Shown: positions 1-11,992 of the stretch, piece after piece
Numbering within the stretch: the first letter of the stretch is position 1
How the letters are laid out: each line of letters begins with the position of its first letter
Origin: Squalus acanthias
Lineage: Eukaryota
DNA: 64,000 nt
Reading direction: 5' to 3'
Assembly: GCA_030390025.1 (NCBI GenBank)
Contig: CM059432.1
Location: 13,578,001-13,642,000, forward strand
Notes under the pieces: model-generated
What the model was told of the DNA's origin: nothing
What the model saw: only the letters and a program-made list of their open reading frames with translations
Databases searched by the model: none
Made by a program: the position numbers and the translations under genes

Positions 1-60
1 AGCCCGTGATGTAACATGAACGCCCGTGACGTAACGCGAACGCCCGTGACGTCATGACGC
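1..60. repeat. 20-bp tandem repeat (about 3 visible units) containing TGACGT motifs
   Basis: agcccgtgatgtaacatgaa / cgcccgtgacgtaacgcgaa / cgcccgtgacgtcatgacgc; truncated by the window edge. Confidence 0.6.
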
Positions 61-228
61 ACCCCCTATATACACACACACCACACACAATCTTAACAAC
101 AGCAGCTACTTAAGAATCCTAAAAACCTACCTCTTTGACCAAGCTTTTGGTCACTTGTCCTAATATCTCCTTATGTGGCTCAGAGTCAAAGTTTTTCCGA
201 TTAACACCCCTGTGAAGCGCTTTCCGAC

Positions 229-396
229 CAATGTTCCCACTAATTTTTTTGGGTGTGCGGCCCCCTTTAACGGGCAGCGCAGCCCATTCAAATTATCGTG
301 CATGCGTGCGTGGTTTTTTTTCCATTTAAAAGCCGGCGAGCAGCCTGGGCGAGATTCCAGGCAGCCTCGCGGTCGTGCAGCTTAACGGGAACAATG
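229..396. mobile_element. Small hAT-like MITE within an L2-type tail
   Basis: TIR CAATGTTCCC...GGGAACAATG; degenerate 8-bp flanks correspond to the host tail sequence CTTGGGAC. Confidence 0.55.
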
Positions 397-846
397 CGTG
401 GAACATTTTATTATGTTAAAGGCGCTATATAAATGCAAGTTGTTGTTCTATGAGACAAACAATTCTGACGAACAGTCCTATTTGAAATGTTGGCCTGTCT
501 TTCTCGTTCAGATGCCGACCTGCCTGATTTCCAACATTGTCTGTTTTTATTCGGAAGGAAGGAACTTGTATTTTATATTGTGTCTTTCACTTCATCAGGA
601 AGTCCCAAAGTGCTTCAAAGCCAATGAATTGCTTTTTTGAAGTGTAGTCACTGATATAATGTAGCAAAATGTGCCATTCAATTTGCTCACAGCATGATAC
701 TACAAAAGCAATGAGATAAATGACCAGATAATATGTTTTTAGTGATGCTGGGTGAGGGATATATGTTGGCCAGGACACCGGGAGAACTCCTATCCTCTTC
801 GAATAGTGCCATGGAATCTCTCATGTATATCTGAGAAGGCGGACGG

Positions 847-1226
847 TGACACTGAGTCGGGGCGAGGATGGGGAAACTTCTGGTGACCAGGACATGGAAG
901 GCACAGAACTAGTTATCATGTCACTGGATGAGCGAAGAAAGGCAATTGCAATGATGCAAAACTTCACACAGTCATTACCTGGAACTGGGGATTTTTTTGG
1001 ACTAGTTAACAAGATAATAAACAGCGTATATTGAGAAAAGCACAAATAATATGAAGTAATCTGAGCTGTTGGTATTTTTAACAGAATAAAATTATGGTCA
1101 ATTCAAATTGGCCATTTCTTCATTTTTCTGATGCAGCAAATCGCCAAACCCTACTGTAGTGAACAGCCTGACATAACAATCTTTTCTGCCAGTCCCGAAG
1201 GGGTTCGTTATAGTGAAGATCAACTG
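847..1226 (+). mobile_element. Old Tigger-like 3' end remnant
   Basis: Acidic transposase-tail-like peptide (ORF 846-1034) and a terminus ...GTTCGTTATAGTGAAGATCAACTG|TA typical of Tigger TIRs. Confidence 0.45.
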
Positions 1227-1646
1227 TAGTATGCGATCAAAAAAGGCACATGATGCAGCGTATCAAATGTAAAAAAATGCACGTGGATTAGTCACAGTAA
1301 CGGCAACTTGCAGTTATGTAGCCCTTTAACATAGAAATATATCATAAGGAGAGTAGTGACAATGGGGGGGATGTATGGAGTTTGTTGCCCCATGGGTTTG
1401 TGTTGGAACCCTTCCTGCTCCTGGTATATATAAATGATCTGGAATCGCACTGTCAGGGGACATCAAGGCTGAGTCTGATTCTGTCCTCACCCCACACACA
1501 CAGCAGGATGGCGATCAGGAGCTAGAACCCTGGCTAATTGCCCTCCCTATCTCAAGGGCACTCAGGTTAATTGTAGCTGTTTTATTGCTATCCCAGTTGA
1601 AATGAGGTACCTCAGCACGCACCAGGGAATCAAACCTAGGACCTTT

Positions 1647-2470
1647 CAAGCAAGCAATTAGGAAAGCAAGCAATTAGGAAAGCAAATGGTATGTTGGCCT
1701 TTATTACAAGAGGATTTGAGTATAAGAGTAAAGATGTCTTACTACAATTAAAAAGGGCCCTGGTGAGACCACACCTGGAGTATTGTGTACAGTCTTGGTC
1801 TCCTTACCTAAGGAAGGATATATTTGCCATAGAGGGAATGCAATGAAGGTTCACCAGACTGCTTCCTGGGATGAGGGGATTGTCCCATGAGGAGAGATTG
1901 ATTAGACTAGGCCTATATTCTCTAGAGTTTAGAAGAATGAGAGGTGATCTCATTGAAACATACAAAATTCTTACAGGGCTTGACAGGGTAGACGCAGCGA
2001 GGATGTTTCCCCTGGCTGGGGAGTCTAGAACCAGGGGTCACAGTCTCAGAATAAGGGGTCGGCCATTTAGGACTGAGATGATGAGAAATTTCTTCACTCA
2101 GAGGGTGGTGAATCTTTGGAATTCTCTCCCCCAGAGGGTTGTGGAGGCTCAGTCGTTGAGTATATTCAAGACAGAGATCGATAGATTTTTGAATATCAAG
2201 GGATATGGGGATAGTGCAGGAAAGTGGAGATGAGGTAGAATATAATAAGAACATAAGAAATAGGAGCAGGAGTCGGCCATTTGGCCCCTCGAGCCTGCTC
2301 CGCCATTCAATAAGATCATGGCTGATCTGGTCTTGGCCTCAACTCCACTTTCCTACCCGCTCCCCATAACCCTTGACTCCCTTATCATTCAAAAAGATCA
2401 GCCATGATCTTATTGAATGGTGGAGCAGGCTCAAATGGCCTACTCCTGCTCCTATTTCTTATGTTCTTTC
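1647..2470 (+). mobile_element. CR1 LINE 3' fragment
   Basis: ORF2 C-terminus LGLYSLEFRRMRGDLIETYKI...NFFTQRVVNLWNSLP plus 3' UTR; an inverted CR1 tail is nested at about 2245-2395. Confidence 0.9.
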
Positions 2471-3979
2471 TGATCTGTATGGCTCAGCTACAAAGTGGGC
2501 AAACCCACTGAGCCATTGAGAGTTCATATATGCCTATAAATAAATTGAAAGATGTTTCCCTGGGACATGACCAAGTCTCAGCGAACTTACCGAGTGAGTA
2601 GCAATGCCATGCAGAGCGGGGAGGTCAGCTGGAAAGTATGTTGCAGGGGTGTGAAAAATCTGGATTTCCACAACGAAATCTGTTGGGCCATTGCACCACA
2701 TGAACAGAACTGAAATTATGATGAACCAAATAGCTGGTAATTAATCACTTTGCAGATGACAGTTGACACAATTCTATTGTTTCTGCTGTCTACCTATTGA
2801 CCAACAAGGAAAAGTCCAAGATGCTCCTTTGCTAGTGAAGTCGGACATGTCCTTGAATGGCAACAAAGGTATGGTACTGAACTGGATACATTGAAGGTGC
2901 AGCTATAACAATTCATTAGATTGGACACCCTGCATATCCACTGCTACCATGTGTCCCACTTATCAGACAATGGCAATTTAAATCTAGGGGAAAGGTACCT
3001 TAACAACCTTCCTGTAAACAATCGATGTCTTAGAGGTTACTGTCATTGTTTTTTTTTTAATTCTTTCAACAATTTTCCTCCCTTAGCCCATTCCTAAAGG
3101 CATTGACTCTGTGTTCCTCCAATTCTGGCCTCCAGTGCATCCCCAATTTCCTTCGCCCCACATTGGTGGCCGTGCCTTCTGTTGCCTAGGCCTAAGCTCG
3201 AGAATTCCCTGCCTAAACCTCTCCGCCTCGCTACCTCTCTTTCCTCCTTTAAGACGCTCCTTAAAACCAACCTCTTTGACCAAGCTTTTGGTCACCTGTC
3301 CTAATATCTCCTCATGTGGCTGGGTGTCAAATTTTCTCTGATAACGCTGCTGTGAAACTCCTTGGGATGTTTTACTACATTACCACATGAAGTGGATGCG
3401 GTTAGCATAGATGCATTCATGGGGAAGGTAGATAAGTATATGAGGGAGAAAGGAATAGAAGGATATGTTGATAGGGTTAGATGAAGTAAGGTGGGAGGGG
3501 GCTTGTGTGGAGCATAAACACCGGCATAGACCGAATGGCCTGTTTCTGTGCTGTAAAATTAGAATCATAGAAACGTAGAAATTTACGGCACAGAAGTAGG
3601 CCATTCGGCCCATCGTGTCTGTGTAATTCTATGGTAAAGGCGCTATATGAATGCAAGTTTTTGTTGTTCCTTTGTGGGGTATAGTTCCACAGGCACCAGG
3701 TCCCCTCATCCAAGTGTCCATTCTTTATCGGTGAGAGCAAGTGTTGCAGGGCTTTTGACTGCAGGAAGCGTTATAGTTGAGCCAGATCCTCTCCACAGCT
3801 GAACAGCCTGTCGACACTCATTGTCTCGGCACACACATGGAGACTGGCCACTTGGGACAGGTGCTGCATAAGTCATTGCCTTCGGGAGAGGAGGGAAGAA
3901 AGGCAAGAAAACCAGGAAGAAAAGAACAACGGAAATCGTGCTCCAGAATCCCAAGTACAACCATCAAAGGCCAAAGTGC

Positions 3980-4424
3980 AAGAAAGAAAGAACTTGCATT
4001 TCTATAACGCCTTTCACGACCACCGGACGCCCCAACATGCTTTACAGCCAATAAAGTACTTTTCAAAGTGTAGTCACTGTTATAATGTAGGAAATGCAGC
4101 AGCCAATTTGCACCCAGCAAGCTCCCACAAACAGCAATGTGATAAAGACCAGATCATCTATTTTAGTGATGTTACTTGAGGGATAAATATTGGCCCTGCT
4201 CTTCTTTGAAGTAGTGCCAAGGGATCTTTTACATCCACCCGAGAAAGCAGACGGCCTCGGTTTAACATCTCATCTGAAAAACAGCACCTCTGACAGTGCA
4301 GCACTCCCTCAGCACCACACTGGAGTGTCAGCCTAGATTTTGTGCTCAAGTTCCATGGAGTGGGACTTGAACCCACACCTTCTGACACAGAGGCGAGTGT
4401 GCTACCCACTGAGCCACAGCTGAC
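3980..4424 (-). mobile_element. SacSINE1/Deu-SINE-like tRNA-derived SINE
   Basis: tRNA-like head with A/B boxes (GTGGCTCAGTGG, GGTTCAAGTCC), central domain, L2-like tail ending ..TAGAAATGCAAGTT(CTTT)n. Confidence 0.8.
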
Positions 4425-4629
4425 AAGCTGTAAAAGCTAGACAAAATCCATAATGCAGTCACGATATACTTCACTCACAGTCAACCTTGTAAATGAATTA
4501 ATGAACATGCTTGTGTTTGTATTGATTCCTAAATGGCTAATTTGGTAACAATGACATTATGTTCCACCTTGAAAAAATGTACTGCTTACAATCTGTTTAC
4601 CATATTGAGCAGGATTTCATTACATTGTG

Positions 4630-5507
4630 AAATAAAAACAGAAAATGCTGGAAATCACATCTTGAGTATTGTGTGCAGTTTTGGTCACCTTATCTGAGGA
4701 AGGAGGTTCTTGCCATGGAAGGAGTTCAGCGAAGATTCACCAGGCTGATACCTGGGATGGCAGGAATGACGTATGAGGAGAGATTGGGTCGATTGGGCTT
4801 ATACTCGCTGGAGTTTAGAAGAATGAGAGGGGATCTCATTGAAACTTATAAAATTCTGACAGGACTGGACAGACTAGATGCAGGAAGGATGTTCCCGATG
4901 GTCGGGGAGTCCAGAACCAGGGGTAAGGGGTAAGCCATTTAGGACAGAAATGAGGAGGAATTTCTTCACCCAGAGAGTGGTGAACCTGTGGAATTCTCTA
5001 CCACAGAAGGCAGTAGAGGCCAATTCATTAAATATATTCAAGAAGGAGTTGGATATATTTCTTAAGGCTAAAGGGATCAAGGGATATGGGGAGAAAGCAG
5101 GGACAGGGTTCTGAATTTGGATGATCAGCCATGATCTCATTGAATGGCGGAGCAGGCTAGAGGGGCCGAATGGCCTACTCCTGCTCCTATCTTCTTCTAT
5201 GAAATACTCAGCAGGTCAGGCAGCATCTGTAGAGAGAGAAACAGAGTTAACGTTTCAGGTCGATGACCCTTCGTCACTCCTGAGGTGCCGTTTTTCAGAT
5301 GAGATGTTAAACCGAGGCCCCGCCTGCCTCTCAGGTGGACGTAAAAGATCCCATGGCACTATTTCGAAGAAGGTTCGGACGAAGGGTCATCGACTTGAAA
5401 CGTTAACTCTGTTTCTCTCTCCACAGATGCTGCCTGACCTGCTGAGTATTTCCAGCATTTTCTGTTTTTATTTCAGATTTCCAGCAGCCACAGTTATTTT
5501 GCTTTTG
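4630..5507. mobile_element. Penelope-like insertion with inverted terminal segments, later split by a CR1
   Basis: 4630-4655 plus 5201-5276 is the reverse complement of about 5378-5475. Flanked by the 15-bp direct repeat TTTCATTACATTGTG. Degenerate hammerhead-like cores NNGACGAAGGGTCATCGACYTGAAACGTTAAC. Confidence 0.7.
4656..5200 (+). mobile_element. CR1 LINE 3' fragment nested in the Penelope-like repeat
   Basis: QFWSPYLRKE...RRMRGDLIETYK; flanked by GAAAT on both sides. Confidence 0.9.
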
Positions 5508-6091
5508 TTTCATTACATTGTGTGTCTGTTATAATAATACGTCGCATTGAAATATCCCAGAGCACTTCACACAATGAATTCGTTTTTACAGTGCAAGAAT
5601 TCTTATTATGTAGTCAAATACGACAGCCATCCATTAATATCCCCAAAAACTGCTATGAAATGGTCTTTTTTTCATGGTATTAATTGAGGGAGGAATATAT
5701 GTGGACCAGTTGCTGCTAATCTTCACATAGTGCTCTGGATCTTTAACATTCATTCCTCCACTACTACATGGAAAGCCAGCCTTGATTTTAAACTCCAATT
5801 GACAACCTTGTGACTCAGAGGCTACTAAGTGGCCCCAAAATGACAGACCAATCATTATTCAATTCATGACAAAATGCGATTCAAATAACACAGAAAAAGC
5901 ATCTCATTGTTGACAGTTTAACCTTTCAAAGTGTACAGAAAGGCACAGACACGATGGGCCGAATGGCCTCCTGCTGTGCCATAACTTTCTATGATTCTAA
6001 GGAAACTGCACCTAATTTCAGGATTTACAGATTTCATGGCTACGGTGCTTCCACGAACATAACAGTGTTCAGTCATCAAATGAATGATGAT

Positions 6092-6472
6092 TTCGGCAAG
6101 AGAGCCCCAGGTGGGCAGAGGAAATGCTTCAAGGACACCCTCAAAGCCTCCTTGAAAAAGTGCAACATCCCACCGACACCTGGGAATCCCTGGCCCAAGA
6201 CCGCACAAAGTGGAGGAGAAGCATCCGGGAAGGCGCCGAATACCTCGAGTCTCTTCGCCAGGAGCAAGCGGAAGCCAAGCGCAAACAGCGCAAGGAGCGC
6301 ACGTCAACCCAAGCACCACACCCACCCGCCCCTTCAACCACCATCTGCCCCACCTGTGACAGAGACTGTAGGTCCCGCATTGGACTCATCAGTCACCTGA
6401 GAACTCATTTTTAGTGTGGAAGCAAGTCGTCCTCGGTTCCGAGGGACTGCCTAAAAAGAAGAGAAGAAGATG
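6092..6472 (+). mobile_element. RTE-clade LINE 3' fragment
   Basis: GKRAPGGQRKCFKDTLK...CPTCDRDCRSRIGLISHLRTHF* and a GAAGA-repeat tail. Confidence 0.85.
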
Positions 6473-7210
6473 AGAATGTAAGATGTTCTCCAGACTTGGT
6501 CTCCAGATCTCTAACTGAGTTTGAGCATCTTAGGCGTCAACCTGGCAAGTCAAAGACGCAAGCTTTACGTCCATGAAGGTGGGATCTGTAACATGGATAC
6601 AAAATAATTAGAAGGAAGTCTCATGGGAGGAATCAACAGTGGAGAAATGGACAGCAATATGGAAACAGTTAGCTGCACTTTTGTCGGCAGTATGGTGCGG
6701 GAGGGAAAGTCAAAAGATTGCAGCTCCCAAACTTCCACTGCAAGAACCCAGCAGAATGCCAGAGGAAATGTGGGATGAAGGGTGATATGTTCTGTATATA
6801 TAAGACCTGGCCAACTATATCATAATTTAAAAAAGGAATCAAAGTAAATACTCACTGACATGAATCTTGTCATTCATGTGGAAATGACTTATGAAATAAT
6901 ACTGGGCGGCCTGCTGGTGGCGCTGTCCAGGGAGAGTATAAATACTTGGGCACGGGCCCAGCTTGCGTGGGACATTCTTAACAGGAACTAGTGAAGGACA
7001 CAACTAGACCTCCATGTTGTAAAACAGTGAATTAAAGCTTTGTTTAACGCTTAGACCAAGTGCCTAGTAGTTTTCTTACGTCACTCACATCAAAATAGAG
7101 CAAGATCCCAAGCACTGTCCCCTTCGTTTCCAAAAAGATACCATTGGAGCTGTCTCAGTGACTTAGTAGGTAAAAGCACAACCTGGTGTGGTACTGAGCC
7201 ATACCGGTTT

Positions 7211-7654
7211 GAAAGAAAGAAAGACTTGCATTTATGTAGCGCCTTTCACAAACTCAGGACATCCCAAAGCGCTTTACAGCCAATGAAGTACTTTTGAAGT
7301 GGAATCACTGTTGTAATGTAGGAAACGCGGCAGCCAATTTACACACAGCAAGCTCCCACAAACAGCAATGTGATAATGATCAGATAATCTGTTTTAGTGA
7401 TGTTGATTGAACGATAAATATTGGCCCCAGGACATAACTCCCCAGCTCTTCGAAATAGTGCTGTGGGATCTTTTACATCCACCCGAGAGAGCAGATGGGG
7501 CCTCGGTTTAACGTCTCATCCGAAAGATGGCACTACCCTCAGCACTGCACTGGCATGTCAGTCTAGATTTTTGTGCTTAAGTCTCTGGAGTGGGACTTGA
7601 ACCCACAACCTTCTAATAGCCAGAAGTGAGAGTGCTACCAACTGAGCCACAGCT
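7211..7654 (-). mobile_element. SacSINE1-like SINE
   Basis: Full-length copy colinear with 3980-4424. Confidence 0.8.
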
Positions 7655-8406
7655 GGAGCCTATTCCAGAGTAGCTGATCTCACCCGAACTGGTACAATTG
7701 TCTTCAGTGCCAATGAGCTACAAGGTGGCTGGCGGGCGGGGAAATCAGCTCTTGATAACTGTACAGTGAGCCCAGCTGGATGGTTGGGGGTGAATTTCCA
7801 CGAGGGTTCTCCCGCTCATCTGTCCTAACTTCAGTGGAAGAGCTGATTCTCTGGGGTTTCCGCGAATCTTCCACTGAAGGTACGGTGAGCGAGCGGGAGT
7901 ACCAGCTGTGGAAATCTACCCCCATTGTGTGTGTGTGTATGTCGGGTGACCATAGGATGAGCTTGGCTGTGATCTCCTCTCCAGCCTGATGATAGATCAG
8001 CACTCATTTGGCTGTGTTTTCTAAATGTCACTAAGTTCCTTTTTTCCCAAATTCTGTTGCCCTCCAAGTATCTTGGAGGCTGTTTTCTTTTGCGTGATCA
8101 TTTGGTTTTGGACTCCCCCCCCCCACCCCGCAACAGTCTGGTTTGTTTTTCATGAAATTATTTCCTTTTGTTTCTTCGACATCTGGTCTGCCCGCAGTTC
8201 CGCAGCAGTCCACCTGCTCCTGATACGCCTGCTACATTTGAACTCTGCAGCCTCGCACTTGGAGATCCCGTGCAATATTTTCATGTATCTCTCTGCACAC
8301 TCTTCCCCATCTCCCCACTCCAAGCTCGTGTCATGGATGAGACTCACCTCCTGCTCCCTCGATTCCCTTCCCACTGAACCCCTGACCACTGAACTCCTAT
8401 TTCAGG

Positions 8407-8749
8407 CAGAGCCGGATTAAGAATTCTCAGGGCCCTGGGCACCAAGAGCGTTCGGGGTCCCTCGTCAACCCTGCACGACAGCCCCTCTCCCCGATCCATT
8501 AAAACACAAATGTGTAGGAAGATGCAAGGAGAAACGTAGAATATTTACATACTGCTGCCAGTACTTTACATTGTAACCAATCTCGTGACTGTGCCTTGTC
8601 CCGTCTGACAGTATTTTTAAATGCTAGAATATTTTGATCCAGCGATTGTATGTCGTTTTTCAGCATTGTCGTGGGTTTTACTGAGGCTCCATATCAGGCT
8701 GGGAGCTTTGAGCGTGGGTCCCGTAGTCCCATGCGTTAATCTGCCCCTG
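8407..8749. mobile_element. hAT-like MITE within an L2 RT remnant (about 8340-8870)
   Basis: Imperfect TIR CAGAGCCGGATTAA...TTAATCTGCCCCTG; the flanks encode L2-like TSCSLDSLPT and SGSVPLPFK..TPFLKK. No clean TSD. Confidence 0.5.
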
Positions 8750-8919
8750 TTTGCTGCCACCCATGCTCTCAGTGGTTCAGTCACCTCGGGCAGTGTCCCG
8801 CTCCCCTTCAAAACCATCATTATGACCCCTTTCCTCAAAAAAATTCCTCAAGTCTTTCATCCTGGCCAGTTACTGCTCCATCTCCTAATCTCTCTTATTG
8901 AGATTTCTGTATCAATACC

Positions 8920-9268
8920 TTGGTTAGACAACACTTGGAGTACTGTGCACAGTTCTGGTCTCCATATTACAAAATGGATATAGAGGCACTGGAGAAGGTG
9001 CAAAAAAGATGTACAAGGATGATACCAGAACTGAGAGGTTATAACTATCAGGAAAGACTGAACAGGCTGGGGCTCTTTTCTCTAGAAAAGAGAAGGCTGA
9101 AGGGTGACCTGATTGAGGTCTTTAAAATTATGAAAGGGTTTGATAGGGTAGACGTAGAGAAGATGTTTCCACTGGTGGGGGGGGGGGGGGGCAGGGGGCA
9201 AAACTAGGGGCCATAAGTATAAGATGGTCACCAATAAATCCAGTAAGGAATTCAGGAGAAACTTCTTT
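8920..9268 (+). mobile_element. CR1 LINE fragment
   Basis: ORF 8920-9207 HLEYCAQFWSPYYK...GLFSLEKRRLKGDLIEVFKI. Confidence 0.85.
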
Positions 9269-9269
9269 A

Positions 9270-9671
9270 AAAAGGAAGACTTGCATTTCTATAGCGCCTT
9301 TCACAACCTCAGGACATCCCAAAACACTTTACAGCCAATAAAGTACTTTTGAAGTGTAGGAAACGTGGCAGCCAATTTGCACACAGCAAGGTCCCGCAAA
9401 CAGCAATGTGATTTAGTGAGGGATAAATATTGGCTAGGACACCAGGGCTGCTCTTCTTTGATATAGTTTTTTCATATCCACCTGAGAGAGCAGATAGGAC
9501 CTCAGTTTAACATCTCATCTGAAAGATGGCACCTCTGACAGTGCAACACTCCCTCAGCACTGCATTGGATTGTCAGACCTAGATTTTTTTGCACTCAAGT
9601 CTCTGGAGTGGGACTTGAACCCACAACCTTCTGACTCAGAGGCAAAAGTGCTACCAACTGAGCCACAGCTG
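9270..9671 (-). mobile_element. SacSINE1-like SINE
   Basis: Colinear with 3980-4424; inserted in a CR1. Confidence 0.78.
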
Positions 9672-10136
9672 GGGATGGAGTAGTTGAGGCGAATAGCATA
9701 GATGCATTTAAGGAAAAGTACATAAGGGAGAAATAGAAGGATACACTGATATGAAGTAAGGTGGGAGGAAGCTTGTGTGGAGCATAAACACTGGCATAGA
9801 CCAATTGGGCCGAATGGCCTGTTTCTGTGCTGTAAATTCTATGCAATTCTCCTTCATCATTAAGGTCCTTGAAGAGAAGTTCCAAAAACTGGGGCTTTTT
9901 TCATTGGAACTATGCAGGTTAAGGGAGGATCTAATAGAAAATTTCAAAATAATGAAAGATTTTGAGAAGCTAAACAGTGAACGATTTTCCCCACGAGTTG
10001 GCAAATCAGGTAAGAAGGGAGCATAGAGGCAGGAGTATTAGTAGAACAACAAAGGGGGAAGTTAGAAGAATTTCTTTTCCCTACAGAAGATTATTAGAAC
10101 ACAGAATATTTGATCACAAATTCCTAGTGAGGCAGA

Positions 10137-11644
10137 GGCCGGAATTTTCTGGGGTGGTAGCGGGCGCGATTGGTGGTGGGTCGGATGGGAAAGTTGTTAT
10201 TTTTGACAGCGGGTCACAGAGCTGACCCAACCGGGAGCGGTGGGTGACCTAATTGAAACCATTATCAGGTAGTTTACAGGCACTCAAGAGCCTTTTGTCA
10301 CTTACTTTTTACATTTCCCTGCATGGCCATGGGATTCACACAGCTCAGGAACCACTTCTGTCATCCTGAGGCGAGAGTTCAGTGGCCATTGCTCCAGCTG
10401 ATTACTTGACAGCATCAAATGTACAGTAAAAGCTCCCACCTGACAGATGATCACTTTCCTCAGGCAGAAGCTGTTGCTAAGTCCATTCCCAGCACAGATT
10501 CTGCAGGCTGCAAGTGTTTCCAGCAAAGTCTCCATCCAGTGTCATCTCATTGGAAGAACTCTCTCACCATTGACAGAATGTTTCTGTCATCTCTACTTCA
10601 CCTGCCATCTATTCCATCAACATGGGTGCCATTTATACCGTCTCATCTTGGTCCTCAGAATTGGACCACGATGAGCCCCAACAGCAGCAGCACCAACAAC
10701 AACACCAACCTTCTCCGCAATCACCTGATGCTGCACAGGACACAGGGCATCAGCACCCAACCACATTGCTGCACGGGAGGCTAGGGATGGCCTCACCATG
10801 GCCAGATTTACTTCACTTGATGCTGTACACCCATATGGCTGCCACATGATGCGCCAGGTTGGCACCACCCCACACCAACACCATAAAGCATCCCTATAAT
10901 GACCAAGCCATTCCTTTCACACTCATCACCATTGCGGGGGTTACTGTTATGTCTCACCATTCACTGCAACTCACTAAGCCACTTCCAAAAGGTGCACATA
11001 AATCTGTCCAAGACCGGAAAGTGTTGAAAATAAAGATTTTTATGTTTGACACCACATTAACAGAAACTTTACATAAACATTGGATAAAACACCCAAGTGG
11101 CTACCCTTCTGTGTTGTTAGTTGGTATGATTGCACTAGGATGAGGGTGAGTGTGAGGGGTGGCTAGTGAGATGGGGAAGTGATAATGTAGATAGAGAGGG
11201 ATGGGTGGAGGTGCAAGGTAAGTTGGTGTGAGTAAGGATGTGCAGGAGTAGGGTAGGGAAGAGGACCTCCCTGCATGCTCTGACTCCCTCTATAAGCATA
11301 TGGAGGGAGTCATTGGAGAACTTGGGTGCAGCCCTCTGCCTCTGTGCAGTCATTGTCAGTGTTTGCACGACTCCAATGCTGTAGTGCACCGACAGCACTA
11401 TGTTACATTAAACTTTAAATCTAATGTGGCCATCGTCACTTTAAATATCCCGGCTGAAAACGCGTCATGAATGACGTCACCAGACCCGCTCCATCTCATT
11501 GGGCCAGGTAACGCACTGGGCGGGCTTATTAGGCCCCATTAAGGTAAGTTCATTTTCAACAGCGAGATGGAGCCAGCAGCAGGGTCACGATGCGCCACGG
11601 ACACCGCCCACACCGGACCCGCCCAGGTCGGCTAAGTTCCCGCC
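10137..11644. mobile_element. PIF/Harbinger deletion derivative with a Myb/SANT-like ORF remnant
   Basis: Imperfect TIR GGCCGGAATT...AAGTTCCCGCC and TSD AGA, inside a CR1 remnant. Minus-strand peptide QRQRAAPKFSNDSLHMLIEGVRACREVLFP resembles the N-terminus of Harbinger Myb/SANT proteins. Confidence 0.7.
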
Positions 11645-11992
11645 AGAGATTATATTATTTAAAAATGGAAGTGTATAAATAAAGATCTTATAGTTGGTTT
11701 TATTGCCAATTTAAAAACATTTTTTGGGGTTGGTGGGGGGTGTTAAGGGTCAAACGCCAAGAGAAAATTATAATAAAAGTTAAACCACAAAAAACCCAGG
11801 TAAATCAGTAAAAATCAGTTCTTATTTGGAACATCACTCGAAGCCAAGAAAGCAAGTAAGGGACTAAAATAAAGATACAATCAAGCTAATGACAACCCAT
11901 AATTATTTACACAGTTCATGGACAGCAATTTTATGGGACTAAATGGCAGTTCCAAAAGTTCTGGCAAGTGAATGCACAGATTAAAGCAAGCT

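Noticed and set aside
5254..5410. Active hammerhead ribozymes in the inverted PLE arms and near 52515-52550
   Set aside because: The core CUGANGA is altered (GUGACGA, CGGACGA), and the 52.5-kb copy also lacks a full GAAA.
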